64,000 nt of DNA from Octopus sinensis (taxonomy: Eukaryota). Below the pieces are notes generated by a model. That model ran no database searches. It was not told the origin of the DNA and was given only the letters and a program-made list of their open reading frames with translations. A program made the position numbers and the translations under genes. Below are positions 35,718-48,787 of this stretch, piece by piece. The DNA lies in assembly GCF_006345805.1 (NCBI RefSeq), contig NC_042999.1, positions 163,494,001 through 163,558,000 on the forward strand, written 5' to 3'. Each line of letters begins with the position of its first letter. Position 1 is the first letter of the stretch.

Positions 35718-37455
35718 CATATATATACTTTATTAAAAGCAGTAGATATATCACAAAAACTGTTTCTCAAAGTTTAATTTTCCTGTTCGTCGGACTGTTT
35801 TGTTAGAATGGTACAGAAATTCTGACATAATCAAACATAGATTAAATGATACACTTTTGAAAATAGTCTTGTTTCATTGGTCGTTTCAACTAACAGTCTT
35901 AAGCATGCAATGATCAAAATTGTTGTAAAATTGAAGAAAACCTTCAATTGAAGGGCAGAGTCTAAATATGTATGGTAAATAATTAGGTACAAGATATAAA
36001 TGAATGCATTAACAGTTATATCCATTTAAAAATTGAAATTAAAAATTACATAGATATTTTTCAGCAGCATATACACATACTAAACCATCTATATACAGAT
36101 GCATATACATAGTTATATACATGTATAGGTGAGACGTAAATATATACATACACACACATACACGCGCACAAAATCTCTTGGTGTATACATACACAGGTCA
36201 GTTGTTACCGGCGAAAGAGATGGGAGGCATATTAAGCATAGGGAGGAGGGAGTGAAACAGTGAAAAGAAAAGAGGTAAAAGTTACTGAAACAGAAACAGA
36301 AAACTGAGAGAAAGAGATTGCTACAAAAGAAACGAGAGAGACTTTACGAATTGCATTCAACGAATGCACACGTGAAGCAAAATTACGTATATATATATAC
36401 ACATAACTATAGATATGCATACAAATACACATGATTACATTTATAAATATTCAAAAATATGCATGCGAATACATGCTCACATAAGCATAAGTATATACAC
36501 ATACATATACATCCATGTGCGTATGCACATAAATATAAACATACACGTATACTTACACACATACATGTACGGACACATACACATACATATGTACACCCAC
36601 AATACATATATACACATAAAGACAAATATACAGTGACACATCTACATCATAATGTATATACAAGCAATTTCAAAAGCTGCTTGGTGTATATAAAATCAAA
36701 ATACAGATAAAAAGGCGTTTTAAAATGCAACACCATATAAGGAATCATCTACAAATAAAATGTAACAATTAAATAGGCTTGTAAAATTCAATAAAATAAA
36801 ATATCAAAAAATAATACAAATAAAAAATAAAATAATAATAATAATAATGAAAATCTTAGCAAAGCCTAAGCTTGGAAATATGTAAAATAGTCAAAGGTCT
36901 TCTTAAAGAATGAGTCAAAATATATTCAATATCGTGGCAATGCAAAACAACCATACATTACAAAGACAAATTCAAAAGTAGCAGTCGAAAATAATTCAAA
37001 AGTCAAAGCATACTATCCATATGGTATTTTGTCGGTTGACATTTAAAATTTTGTTGCATGTTTGCAGGAATTTAAAAGTTAGCGTCTATGATTTAAAGTG
37101 TTTTTATCCTGGAACAAGATGAAGAATTTTTCCAAAAGGCATAAATTGCATTTGATGGGTCTTTTATGAGCTCCATGTCTGTAAGGTGATGCTTTGTCTA
37201 AAATTTTCCATGTTACATTAAAAGGGTGGGTTTCCTTTTCTTTTAATTCCCAGACATGCTTTGCCAGACAAGTCATCCTGTTTTCGGGGTCCAAAGAATT
37301 GTAATTGCAAAGACAAGACCTCCTGTCTGTTGGAAAGAAAATGTCTGGAAAAAGGGATTGTGTATAGGGCCAAAGTACAAATAGATGGCTTGAAAGAATA
37401 AAAAACATACACGGGAGCTGCTGAAAATTCTTTCAAGACCCAATTTTATTCCCAC
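35718..37455 (-). mobile_element. 5'-truncated, 5'-inverted Naiad-type Penelope-like element with long 3'UTR
   Basis: Minus 37285-37079 encodes LAKHVWEL...CNLCLLEK. Plus 37291-37455 encodes CNC..C..C/IVY..YTG. The terminus has a degenerate hammerhead (35756-35801) and AATAAA. Confidence 0.8.
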
Positions 37456-37950
37456 AGAAAGGGACATGGAGAACTGGATTGGGGCAGCCCACTCCGCCTT
37501 CAGCAGACACAGCCAACATGTATTCTTCAATCATGCACTGACCATCTGGATAAAGATCATGGTCTTCCATGCCATTGTCCTGTCAACTCAACTCTATGCT
37601 TGTAAGACTTGGATGTTGTACTGTCGTGATTTCAAGCGCCTTGAATGCTTCCAGCAATCGAAGCAACAACAGACCCTCAACATACAATGGGAAGATCACG
37701 CTACCAACAACAAGGTTCTTCGCCACGGCTTACTACCAAGTTTCAAAGACACCATTCTTCGCCATCGTCTGCACTGGGCAGGTCATGTCCAGCGTCTGTA
37801 GCTCTCTTGTCTCCCAAGGGTCATGCTCTACGGAGTACTTGCAATCGGAACTAGACCCAGAGTATGTCTGAAATTCCGTTTTAAAGACCAGCTCAAATGG
37901 ACCTTGGCTCAAGCTAACATTCAGCCATCCTCACAGGAACACATTACCAT
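37456..37950 (+). mobile_element. RTE/BovB-like LINE 3' coding fragment
   Basis: AAHSAF..IVLSTQLYACKTW..RLHWAGHVQR..LYGVLAIGTRP motifs. Confidence 0.75.
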
Positions 37951-38063
37951 GGCGAGTTCTCGGTATCGAGCACGAGTGCGGCCGGTTTATTGCTGGGGAG
38001 TAAGTCTGAGTACGACGAAGACCACGAGTGTGTGTGTCCGTGTGTTATCGACAAGGCACGAAA

Positions 38064-38399
38064 ATCAAAATCGAAATCGATCAACATCAATGGAAATTGT
38101 ATCTGTGATACCAGTGCCGGTGGCACGTAAAAAGCATCATCTGATCGTGGCCGGTGGCACGTAAAAAGCACCATTCTGATCGTGGCCGTTTGCCAGCCTT
38201 GTCTGGCACCTGTGCTGGTGGAATGTAAAAAGCACCCACTACACTCATGGAGTGGTTGGCGTTAGGAAGGGCATCTAACTGTAGAAACATTGCCAGATCA
38301 GACTGAGCCTGGTGCAGCCTTCTGGCTTCCCGGACCCCAGTTGAACCGTCCAACCCATGCTAGCATGGAAAGCGGACGCTAAACGATGATGATGATGAT
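38064..38399 (+). mobile_element. RTE 3'UTR module
   Basis: Same module. Confidence 0.85.
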
Positions 38400-39254
38400 A
38401 TATATAGTATGTATATGTATTCTATATTTATATATATTGTATGTATATATATATTCTATATTTATATTGTATGTATATGTATATATATTCTATATTTATA
38501 TTGTATGTATATATATATATATTGTATACACATATATTGTATATAAATATATATATATTGTATACATTTATATATTGTATATATATATATACATTGTATG
38601 CATTTATATCTTGTATGCATACATATATATATATATGTAATATAGTGAGAATTTGCAAAAAACAAGACAACGATGGATGTCATCATCATCATCATCATTA
38701 TTTAACGTCCGTTTTCCGCGCTAGCACGGGTTGGACAAATAACAAACAGATGTATTAGTTTAACGTTCGGTAAGTGAGAAAGTCTTTTACTTTTTGAGCC
38801 TACGCTCTTCGGCAAGAAGGAACACAGAAATAAACAGGGAGAGAAAATAAAAAATGTTTAGGGGCTAGTGTTTTATCATGGCGAATGTTGGACAGAGAGG
38901 TCACACAGGAGAGCTAGGAAGAAGGGGAGATGATAAAGTAGCGGTTATCCCAAAATGATGGTGCGCTTGGGTGTGTATCTGAGAGCGTGCATGTGGGCTG
39001 GTGACCTTGATGTGTGCATGTATAGGTGTGTGGATGATGATGTGGGTGCTGGGAAGTGGTCAGTGCTAGTGTGTGCGGGGTGGTGTGATATGGTGGTGTT
39101 GGAGTGGGGGAGCAAGGGTGGAATGTGGGTAGGGATGGGGTATGTGGGAGTGGGTGTAAGGGACGGGTGGGGTTGGAATGTGTATGGGGTGGGGTAACAA
39201 GGGAGGGGGGAGAGGTGGAATATATGTATTCTATATATATTGTATATAGTTTAA

Positions 39255-39890
39255 TCATCATCATCATTTAACGTCCGTTCTCCATGCTAGCATGCATTGG
39301 ACGGTTCGACCGGGGATCTGGGAAGCCAGACGGCTGCACCAGGCTCCAGTCTTATCTGGCAATGTTTCTACAGCTGGATGCCCTTCCTAACGCCGACCAC
39401 TCCGTGAGTGTAGTGGCTGCTTTTTACGTGCCAGGTGAGGCTGGCAATGGCCACATTCGGATTGGTGTATTTTACGTGCCACCGGCACGGAAGCCAGTCG
39501 AGGCGGCGCTGGCATCGGCCACGAGTCGGATAGTGCTTTTTACGTACCACCAGACCAGGGATCCTGGCTGGTTCAATTCGATTTCGATTTCGCTTGCCCC
39601 AACATGTCTTCGCATATTGTGTGTATATGTATATATATTCATTACCAGCGTCGCCTTACTGGCACCTGTGCCGGTGGCATGTGTAAAAAGATTTGAGCGA
39701 GGTCGTTGCCAGTACCGCCTGAATGACCCATGCCGGTGGTACGTAAAAAGCACCTACTACACACTTGGAGTGGTTGGCCTTAGGAAGGGCATCCAACTAT
39801 AGAAACTTTGCCAGATCAAGATTGGAATCTGGTTCGCCAGCCCTCAGTCAAAATCGTCCATGGAAAGTGGACGTTAAACGATGATGATTC

Positions 39891-39921
<31 letters not shown>

Positions 39922-40170
39922 TGTGTATCTATTGTATACATGTATATATTTTCTATGGATCATCATCATCATTTAACGTCTGCTTTCCATGCTGGCATGG
40001 GTTGGACGATTTAACTGAGGACTGGCAAACCAGATGGCTGCACCAGGCTCCAATCTGATCTGGCAGCGTTTCTACAGCTGGATGCCCTTTCTAACGCAAA
40101 CCACTCCGATAGTGTAGTGGGTGCTTTTACGTGCCACCAGCATGAGGGCCAGTAAGGTGGTACTGTCAAT
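39255..40170. mobile_element. Three RTE 3'UTR copies in alternating orientation (minus, plus, minus)
   Basis: 39255-39615 minus, 39640-39888 plus, 39960-40170 minus. Confidence 0.85.
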
Positions 40171-40344
40171 GATGTTAAATATCTACAAAAAATAGAATTG
40201 ATATCTTCTGTAAATCATGTTGCCTCAATAAACTTAACATATCTCAACAACAAATGGTTTCAAACATGCCATTCTTCAAAAGTATATAGATTGGTATATA
40301 AAACTACTTTCTACTGTTAAGTGTAATGAAATTTTGAGTAGATA

Positions 40345-40512
40345 TATCTGTCGTTACGTTCCGAGTTCAAATTCCGCCGAGGTCGACTTTGCCTTTCATC
40401 CTTTCGGGGTCGATAAATTAAGTACCAGTTACACACTGGGGTTGATGTAATCGACTTAATCCCTTTGTTTGTCCCCTCTGTGTTTAGCCCCTTGTGGGTA
40501 GTAAAGAAATAT
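40345..40512 (+). mobile_element. SINE family B, 5'-truncated
   Basis: Collinear with 13579-13808. Confidence 0.85.
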
Positions 40513-40729
40513 ATATCTGATTCCCTTAGTAAAATGGTTGATAAAAGAACTGAGCATATTTTCACAGGTATTATATTTGATTTTCAGTTTCAATATTGGG
40601 TTTTGGATGTTTTAAAATTTTTATGCTTCTAAATGTTTGCTGAAACTGATGTAAAGCTGGAAAAATCAATGAAGTTGAGGTTAACTTTTTTTTCCATTAA
40701 TTTTTTGAAAAACAGTATGTTATCATAGT

Positions 40730-41000
40730 CCTCCAGGCAATAACGGAGGAATTCAAGACAGGATGCCCCTGGGAGCTCCTCTATGCTAATGACCTTGCTC
40801 TAATTGCTGAGTCACTATCAGAACTGGAGAAGTTTCAGGGGTGGAAGCAAGGATTAGAATCGAAGGGCCTTAGAGTCAACTTAGCTACAACCAAAGTCCT
40901 AATAAGTAGTAAGGCAGACAAATCACAAACGCCTTCAGGTAGATGGCCCTGCTCGATCTGTAGAAAAGGCATAGGTAGAAACTCTATAAGATGCACCATA
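40730..41000 (+). mobile_element. RTE RT fragment
   Basis: Close to 26280-26520 (GCPWELLYANDLALIAES). Confidence 0.85.
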
Positions 41001-41759
41001 ATCTAAATGCCATCAATGTACTGCCTATTTATGTCAGTACATTGACATGTAATCGACTTAATTGCATTCAACTTACACGAGCAAACAAAGGTGACATGGC
41101 CTTTCAAATTTATGCAATAGTATAATTTGTGAAATTTGGATGAATATTTTAGGAAATATGACGGTTTGAATGGTCAGTGAATTGATTGACGAAATCTTGC
41201 CTAATTGGTCTAAATTAATAATTAGCCATATTTGTAATGTCATATCTTTGAAACTGAGGTGATAATCATCTTCAAATTACACAAATCACGCAGGGACCTG
41301 AGTTTGGGAACATTTGTAGTAGGCATAGAACTAAATAATTCCCCAAATTTTGGAACAATACTATTGCGATAAAATTTTAATGAACTATTAAAAATGGCTG
41401 CAAATGGTGGAGTTTCAGATCAGGATATGCACATAAGTTGGATTTTTATTCTGATGGGGATTTTTCCAATTTATTTTAGTGGGGGTGGGGGGTTTATCTT
41501 TATGATTATTTTTCACACTTCCCCTCCCTCTTATTCCCCTCCAAACTGATTTCAGCTGATTTTGTTTCTACTACACACTTAGCAATGATGGGAGAAGCTT
41601 TTTCATTTTAAAAATAGGTGGGGGATTTCAGAAATATTTTCAGATGAAAAGGTGCATGATTTAAGAGTGATTTAGCTGCTGCTTCTAGCACATCCCATGA
41701 CCACTTGGAACCTTCCTTGTTTCTTTGTCACTGACATGTATTGATGTTTTTCAATGGGT

Positions 41760-43930
41760 TTTGTTGGAGCTGTACAGTGATACCTTCTTATACACTAAGA
41801 GTTTCTACAAGACAACTTTCTTAAGGCTACTGACCAAACATACAGCTACAGCAAGGCTCTAGCCAAATTGAAAGTTGAGATAATAGTAGAATAGTGAGGT
41901 AGAAAGAAACATAAAAGCAGAGAGAGACTTGATAAGGAGCAGCTAAGAGCAATGCCAAGTTGCTAGAGAGAAAGAGGTTTGCTTATGTTCTGTAATTTGA
42001 AGATCAAAGGCATGAGACTTTCTGGATTGCAAGACAGTGTGTTACAGAAAACTTGGATGTTGTTGGGGAGAAGTTTCTGAGCAGAAAAAGACATAGAAGT
42101 GCTATTATAAGAAAGTAGAGGATGCATCAAAGAGAGAAGTCCTGTTATAGTTGCCCTAACAGAGGGACCAGTTATACAAGTTAATAGCAGTTTGATAAAG
42201 CGATGAAGGATATGATGGCAGAGAAGATTGTCAGTCTATTGGGGATAGTTATTCAGATGATTAAAACGTCTGGAGTAGGGCACATCCTATCATCTGCATC
42301 GTCAATCAAGTCATACAGGAAGTTGTTATATACACAACTGCTGAAAGGGCATAAGAAATGCACTGCAAAAAGGAAATAACAGAGGCATCAAGTTGAACCA
42401 GTTTATAAAAAGTTACTAAAAGAAACATACAAACAGAATTAGCCTAGATGGGATGCAGTTTGTGCTGGGGAAAGGTACCATTGGTGCACTCTTAGAGAAG
42501 TATTAAGATGGGGTAAGCCACCTTTGCTGATCTAGAAGGCCTTGGTCTCACATTATAATCTGGTGGTCACTCAGAAAATTTGGAATAATGAATGGCTTGT
42601 GAAGGCTGTGCAAGCAATGTACAGTAGTGCTGTCAATAAAGAGAGTACTGAATATAGCAATGAATTTAGTGTGAAAGTCGGGTTCACTAAGATTCAGTTC
42701 AGATTCATCCCCTTTTATTTATCACTGTCCTCTGGGTTTTAAGACTGGCTGTCCATAGGAATTTCTCTAGGCTGACAATCTGGTTCTTATATCAGAATCT
42801 GGATTGCTTCAAGGAGACAAAAGAAGAGAAAACTGGCAACTACTATTGAAACTTTGGTCTTAAAGGAGACATTTAACTTGAGTATTTTTGTGATATATGC
42901 ACAGTGTCTTGTTCAGTGTCTTGCAATATTCTTATAATTTTCAATGTGAAAGCAAAACCGAAAATCAAGTAAAGACTGAAGTATTAGAAACTAGGAAAGA
43001 AGACATGACTCTGGTACCATCTGTGTTTGTTAAGAAGGGGAGTCGGTAGATATTTCATTCTGTGTATCTAGCATAAACTACAGACCCATGAGATGTAGTG
43101 GAATTAGAAGTAATCTAATGAGAAAGGTAGACTTTACATGCAGCATATACTCAGGAGCAGTAAAGTACTAAGAGTGATCCCACAGTAGTTGATAACTTCT
43201 GCTGCATAGATAACCTAATTAGCAATGGAGTATAGTAGCCAGAACAAGAACGGGTTGGGAGAAGTTCAAGGAGCTATTTCCGCTTCTATTAATAAAGGGT
43301 TCTCTCTGAGTAAAGGAGAGAATGTATGACATCTGTAGACAATGTGTATGGCTGCATGGTAGAGAGATGCAGGCACTGAATACAGATACAGAGGGATTTA
43401 CAAAACTAGAAAGAAATGAAATGTTCATGCTTTTCTGGATGTGAGTTTGCATTATCTCTTCAGCATTTAAACCAGCCATATCTGGCTCAAATATTCTACA
43501 TGTTTTATGTTCAAACTGGCTAGATCCAACTTCTCACAACTACCCTACATTGTCATTCAAAAAATAAACACTCATATCATCAGAACCTCAAAGTCAACAG
43601 ATAATGCATGATTAATTCATAACAATGTGAATACATAAGAATTACATTTGACAGAGTAATCTCAATGCTAAAGGATTAATGATGGAATTCAAATGAGCTC
43701 TGAGCAAAGTTGTGCACAAATGGGATCAGATGAGGTACTTAAGAGAAGACTACACTGGTGTGGGCATGTAATGTCTATAAAGGATGATAGCTGTATAAAG
43801 AAGTGTAAGGCACTCAAAATGGATGGAACCTAAGAAAGATTGAGACCCATGAAGATAAAGGGACGAAGTGGTGAAGATTGATCTTAGAAGTTGGACCTCA
43901 TGGAGGTGGAGTTACAGTGATTCGTCCTCT
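41760..43930 (+). mobile_element. Highly degenerate RTE LINE relic
   Basis: Collinear remnants of the 25.1-27.2 kb LINE segment, interrupted by a MITE at 43456. Confidence 0.65.
43456..43675. mobile_element. Degenerate piggyBac-type MITE
   Basis: Right end AATGCTAAAGGA|TTAA and a degenerate left CTCTTCAGCATT. Confidence 0.55.
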
Positions 43931-44899
43931 TGAGAGGACCTACCCAGCTGTTCAAGTATGGTGAAATGAACATTGAAATGGTGGTGGTAATGAAGGATGG
44001 AAGATATATATGGATGGATATTGTCTATATTTGCTGCCTCCCCAGCCTTGTGATCCCTTTTTATTTCATTGTCATCACTTTCCCTCTGCCTTCTCTCTTC
44101 TATTCACTGTACTGTGCTATCAGTGTAGGGCTATCATTAAATCTGTCCAATCCTCTCATCTTTCTGGCAATCACTTGCTCTCCTCTCACTGGGCCATGTA
44201 TGTAAAGAAAGATTGCATTGACAGGTACTGGAGCACCTAACAGTCAGTATTCCTTCTCTTCTCCTATTCCCTCAGCCCCCCTCTCTACCATCATAAACTT
44301 GTTCCTTCACCCTTATATTCTAGTTTTTTTCCATCATCACTGCCTGCTAGTCACTCTCTTAGTCATATAGCACTGAACAGACAGACACAGCTAAAAGTAA
44401 AGAAAGCAATATCACTAAAGTTGGTGTCATTTTAAAATGCACCCAGTATGCCCTATAAAGTGGTTAGTGATTGTTCAGAAGCAACATAGATTTGAGAGAG
44501 CTCTTTAGCCATGTCAAAAACGACCTCCTCTGGGTCTATGATAAAATTCATTCAGTACTCTATAAAGAGGTTGACGATAGGAAGGATATCTGGATGTAAC
44601 CAAACTAACCTGTCTAGGAGGGCATTAACTCCAAATAAAAACTGACTTGGATCACAATTTGTCCAACCTATGCCAGCAGGGAAAGTGAATGTAAAATGAT
44701 TAAATGCTTGTTGAGGTATATAGCTTATAGCATCAGTTTCATTAATTTATCCTTAAAGTAAGAATTTTTTCTAAAATAAAAATGATAAACTGTCCTTTTA
44801 TGTTACTAGTCTGTTCAACCATAAATAGACATAGAATAATGATGATTGATATCTAATATGATAATCAAAACATCTTGGCCCGACTCTATTTCTCCTCTA

Positions 44900-45750
44900 C
44901 ATCAGTGTTCTTCAATTCATCAACATTTCTGTTAATGATACTACTGGTTGTCCTGGCAGTACCGCTCCCTTGAAATGGTTAGAATTTACTGCTAGTCTTG
45001 AGGTGGATCTGCAGGCTGTTAAGAAATGGGGTGAGAAGTGACTAGTAACTTTCAACCCTGGCAAGACCAAACTCCTGTCTTTCAGTGGGGAGTGGGATCC
45101 CTATCCTTCTCCCATTTACATGAGTTTTGGGCCTGTGGTGTTACATGGTGAGATAGTTAAACTACTTGAGAAAAGGTCTTCTTTGAAACTGCTAGTCTTA
45201 CTCTCACCTGATCTTTTTGTGGGGTCTTACAATCAACTGGTAGGTTTACTTTCTGTAAGATTGGGTCATTGTTTAGGTCAAAAGATCACCTCATTTTGTA
45301 CCTTTTCAAGTTCACAATTTGTCATTTTATAGAACACTGGTGCACCATCTTGTCGCTTGGATCTCTTTGACTGGGTTCAAAACTGAGTTGCTAATTTGAT
45401 TGGTCCCTCTCTTGCTTCTGGAACTCTTGTCACATTGACAAGCCATTGCCAGTCTTATTCTTTTCTATCATTATTGCCACAGGAAGTTCTCTGATGAACA
45501 TTCTCTCTTAGTTTCAGATTACTTTGTTCCATCTTGCCTCATGCAAAACTCACAGCATCTTCATCCAAATGCTGTTGTGCTTCCATGAACAAGGAAGTCT
45601 TTCTATGGTCATAGCTTTTTCCCTCGAACTGCCAGACTTGGGAACTCCTCCATCTCATTGTTTTCCCCCTCCTTATGACCTGAACTCTATCAAATATTAA
45701 GTAAATTCATTACTTTTGTCTTAATTTCTCCTTCTTTATAGTCTCTTATA
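44900..45750 (+). mobile_element. CR1-group LINE 3' fragment
   Basis: DLQAVKKWGEK.LVTFNPGKTKLL and FFPRTARL remnants, related to the element at 63900. Confidence 0.65.
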
Positions 45751-45994
45751 CTGAATGTCTTTTTGATTTGTTTGGGATTTTCTTATTAAAAAAAAAATCT
45801 TTGAAAAAGTTCTTGTTGCTTAACCTCAATTTTAATCTGTCTGGTATGTAACTACCAAAACCTGAACCAAGAAAGGTCAGCATACATTTTTGAAATGTAG
45901 TACATATGTTGTTGTATACCTACATAGAAACACATAATTGCATACTTATTCTCTTTGGTTCCATTTACCCTATGATATTAACCAACAAGTCTTA

Positions 45995-46230
45995 TACATT
46001 ATTTACTTTTGACAGGTATTTGTCTTCATCTTGTTTGTTGTTAACACGTTTCGGCTGATACACCCCCCCAGCCTTCATCAGGTGTCTTGGGAAAATTTCA
46101 AACCTGGGTTCTCATTCCTAAGGTATTTTTCGATGTTATTATTATTACTATTATTCAGGTCACTGCTTGGAATCGAACTTGGAATCATGGGGTTAGTAGC
46201 CTGTGCTCTTAACCACTACGTCATATGCCC
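45995..46230 (-). mobile_element. tRNA-headed SINE-like element with internal (AAT)n and hammerhead ribozyme
   Basis: Head 46230-46158 has an A-box-like TGACGTAGTGGTTAAG, a CTACTAA loop and B box GTTCGATTCC. It is followed by (AAT)n, a body shared with 11757-11890, and the hammerhead at 46086-46043. Confidence 0.8.
46043..46086 (-). ncRNA. Minimal hammerhead motif in tRNA-headed SINE-like element
   Basis: GACAC-CTGATGA-A-GGCTG...CAGCC-GAAAC-GTGTT. The 3-nt NUH segment present in the 11.8-kb copy is missing here. Confidence 0.6.
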
Positions 46231-46289
46231 TTGTACATAATTCCTCATCTCTTAAATATAGAACTGCAACAAGTCATAAAGGCAAACTT

Positions 46290-47340
46290 TGAACATGGAA
46301 GTTCACCATTGGAGATCTTCCACTAGCTTTTGACGGATGAACTGTTTCAGTATATAGTGGATGAAACAAATGACTATGCTGAAAACCATTCCCAGCATGT
46401 CAGACCTGGGCATGGTGGTGATTGGTTTCCAACCATTGGGGGCAAAATCAAAGTTCTGCTTGCCCTCCTGATACTGATGGGCATCGTCAAGAAACTGACT
46501 CTGGCATCATATTGGGATTGGGATCCAGCCATGTTGGCGCCTTTCTTTCTAGAAATGATGCCATGTGATCGATTTCTGATGCTTCTTCAAAATCTACATT
46601 TCAACTCAGGAGAGAACCAGGATGACAGGCTCCACAAAATATGTCTTATCGTTGACGAAGTGGCTGAAAATTTCAGAATGGTGTATGTCCCCCACACAGG
46701 ACATTTTGTACAGATGAGAGTTTGTGGAAATTCAAGGGAAGGTTCTGATTCAAACAATACAACCTGACCAACTGTGTCTGCTTTGGAGTCAAGATTTATA
46801 AAGTATGCCAGTCAACAGGCAGAGCCTATGGGCACACGTGGAGTTACAAAATCTACACTGGTCAGGACAGATTGGACCTTCCAGCATCTACTCTAGCGTC
46901 AACTGTTGTCATATTGTCACTGAATGAAAACTTGGTTGACAAAGGCTACAATATTTATATGGACAACTGGTTTTCCAGTTCAGGCCCCTTCCTGCAGCTT
47001 CAGGTGAGGAGGACTAATACCTGTGGGACTGTGAGGATGTACAAGAAAAACATGCTGCCTGATCTTCACAAGGTAAAACTTTGAAGGAGGGAAACAGCAT
47101 GCCGATGCACTGATAGGGGCATTTTCACTCTAGTGTAGCGTGACAAGATAAATGTCTGCATGTTATCTACAATACATTCTGCAAGCCTGAAGGACACTAG
47201 GAAATGATGCAGATGGTAATGCCATAATGAAATTGAGTGTAGTTGTTTCATACAATGAAGAGATAGGCAGGGTCGGTCACTCAGATTAGCTGGCAATGAG
47301 GCACAAATCGGTAAGAAAGTTTGTGAAATGGTGCAAAAAA
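46290..47340 (+). mobile_element. piggyBac-type transposase relic (PGBD4-like)
   Basis: IVDETNDYA, LLILMGIVK, RFLMLLQNLHF, TDES..FKGR and YMDNWFSS motifs, frameshifted. Confidence 0.9.
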
Positions 47341-47539
47341 ATTTTCTTGACCACACTAAAGTCAATTTTTGAATTCAAGTGATTGTAGATACATGAAGTC
47401 GGTCTGATTTGTGCTGTCGAGTCATCTTATTCAGGAATAATACTGCATGAGCATCCTGCACAGAGATATAATTTAGATCAATATACGTTGAATGTTAACT
47501 CGCACTGAGTGCTGACCTCAGTCGGCATGATTACTGTTG

Positions 47540-48385
47540 CCATGCCTGTGGAAGAGGCAGACCCAGGAAAACCTGGGACGAGGTGGTGAAGCACGACTTC
47601 GAACTTAAGGTCTCACAAAGGAAATGACTAGAGACCGAGTCCTCTGGAAGTGTGCTGTGCGCGAGAAGACCCGGCAGGACAAGTGAGTCCATAACCCGTA
47701 GCCTTCTACTTGGGATGGAGCCAGCCTACGTATGCATACCTTCCCTTCTTGGGACACAAAACTCTACTTGTGAAGACCTGTTGAGGCAAGTGAGGATCAG
47801 AATCGAAATCGATCAATGGAAATTGCAGATGTGTTACCAGTGCCGGTGGCATGTCGAAACTCTACTTGTGAAGACCCGTTGAGGCAAGTGAGGATCAGAA
47901 TGGAAATCGATCAATGGAAATTGCAGATGTGTTACCAGTGCCGGTGGCATGTCGAAACTCTACTTGTGAAGACCCGTTGAGGCAAGTGAGGATCAGAATG
48001 GAAATCGATCAATGGAAATTGCAGATGTGTTACCAGTGCCGGTGGCATGTAAGAGAACCTTCCGTTTCGCGACCGTTGCCAGCACCGCCCCGTTTCGTGT
48101 CCGTTGCCAGCCTCGCCTGGCCCTTGTGCCGGTGGCACATAAAAAGCACCATCCGTTCGTGGCCGTTTGCCAGCTCTGTCTGGCACCTGTGCGGGTGGCA
48201 CGTAAAAAGCACCCACTACACTCACGGAGTGGTTGGCGTTAGGAAGGGCATCCAGCCGTAGAAACACTACCAGATTTGACTGGGCCTGATGAAGCCTTCT
48301 GGCTTCACAGACCCCAGTAGAACCGTCCAACCCATGCTAGCATGGAAAACGGACGCTAAACGACGATGATGATGATGATGATGCT
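47540..48385 (+). mobile_element. RTE LINE 3' end with 98-bp triplication in the 3'UTR
   Basis: GRGRPRKTWDEVVKHD coding tail, units starting at 47761, 47859 and 47957, and a (GAT)n tail. Confidence 0.9.
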
Positions 48386-48555
48386 CAGGCAACCAAATGA
48401 ATGACTGCCATAAACTGGTTAAAGCAGTTGATGTAAATGTATGCCGAACCATTGTCGAGTGCTAATTGCTGATCTCAATGCAACCTAATTGCTTGATAAA
48501 AAACGAAAAAAACGTCATGGGGTTAATCATGTTGAATACTTGTTATGCAAATACC

Positions 48556-48787
48556 TATTTCTTTACTGCCCACAAGGGGGCTAAACACAGAGAGGACAAA
48601 CAAGTTCAGACAAACGGATTCAGTCAAGTTTATCGACCCCTGTGCGTAACTGGTACTTAATTTATCGATCCCGAAAGGATGAAAGGGAAAGTCGACCTCA
48701 GCGGAATTTGAACTCAGAACGTAACGTCAGACGAAATACGGCTACGCATTTCGCCCGGCGTGCTAACATTTCTGCCAGCTCGCCGCC
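48556..48787 (-). mobile_element. SINE family B with 16-bp TSD
   Basis: TSD TTGTTATGCAAATACC. Confidence 0.9.

Noticed and set aside
46330-47340. Domesticated PGBD gene
   Set aside because: Multiple stops and frameshifts with no splice signals rescuing the frame.
47758-48051. CRISPR-like array (also 20670-21070)
   Set aside because: These are full-unit tandem duplications with no unique spacers, in eukaryotic intronic context.
48285-48310. CTGATGA-AGCC-TTCT-GGCT in the RTE 3'UTR as a hammerhead
   Set aside because: Other copies read CTG(A/G)TGCAGCC and no GAAA follows.
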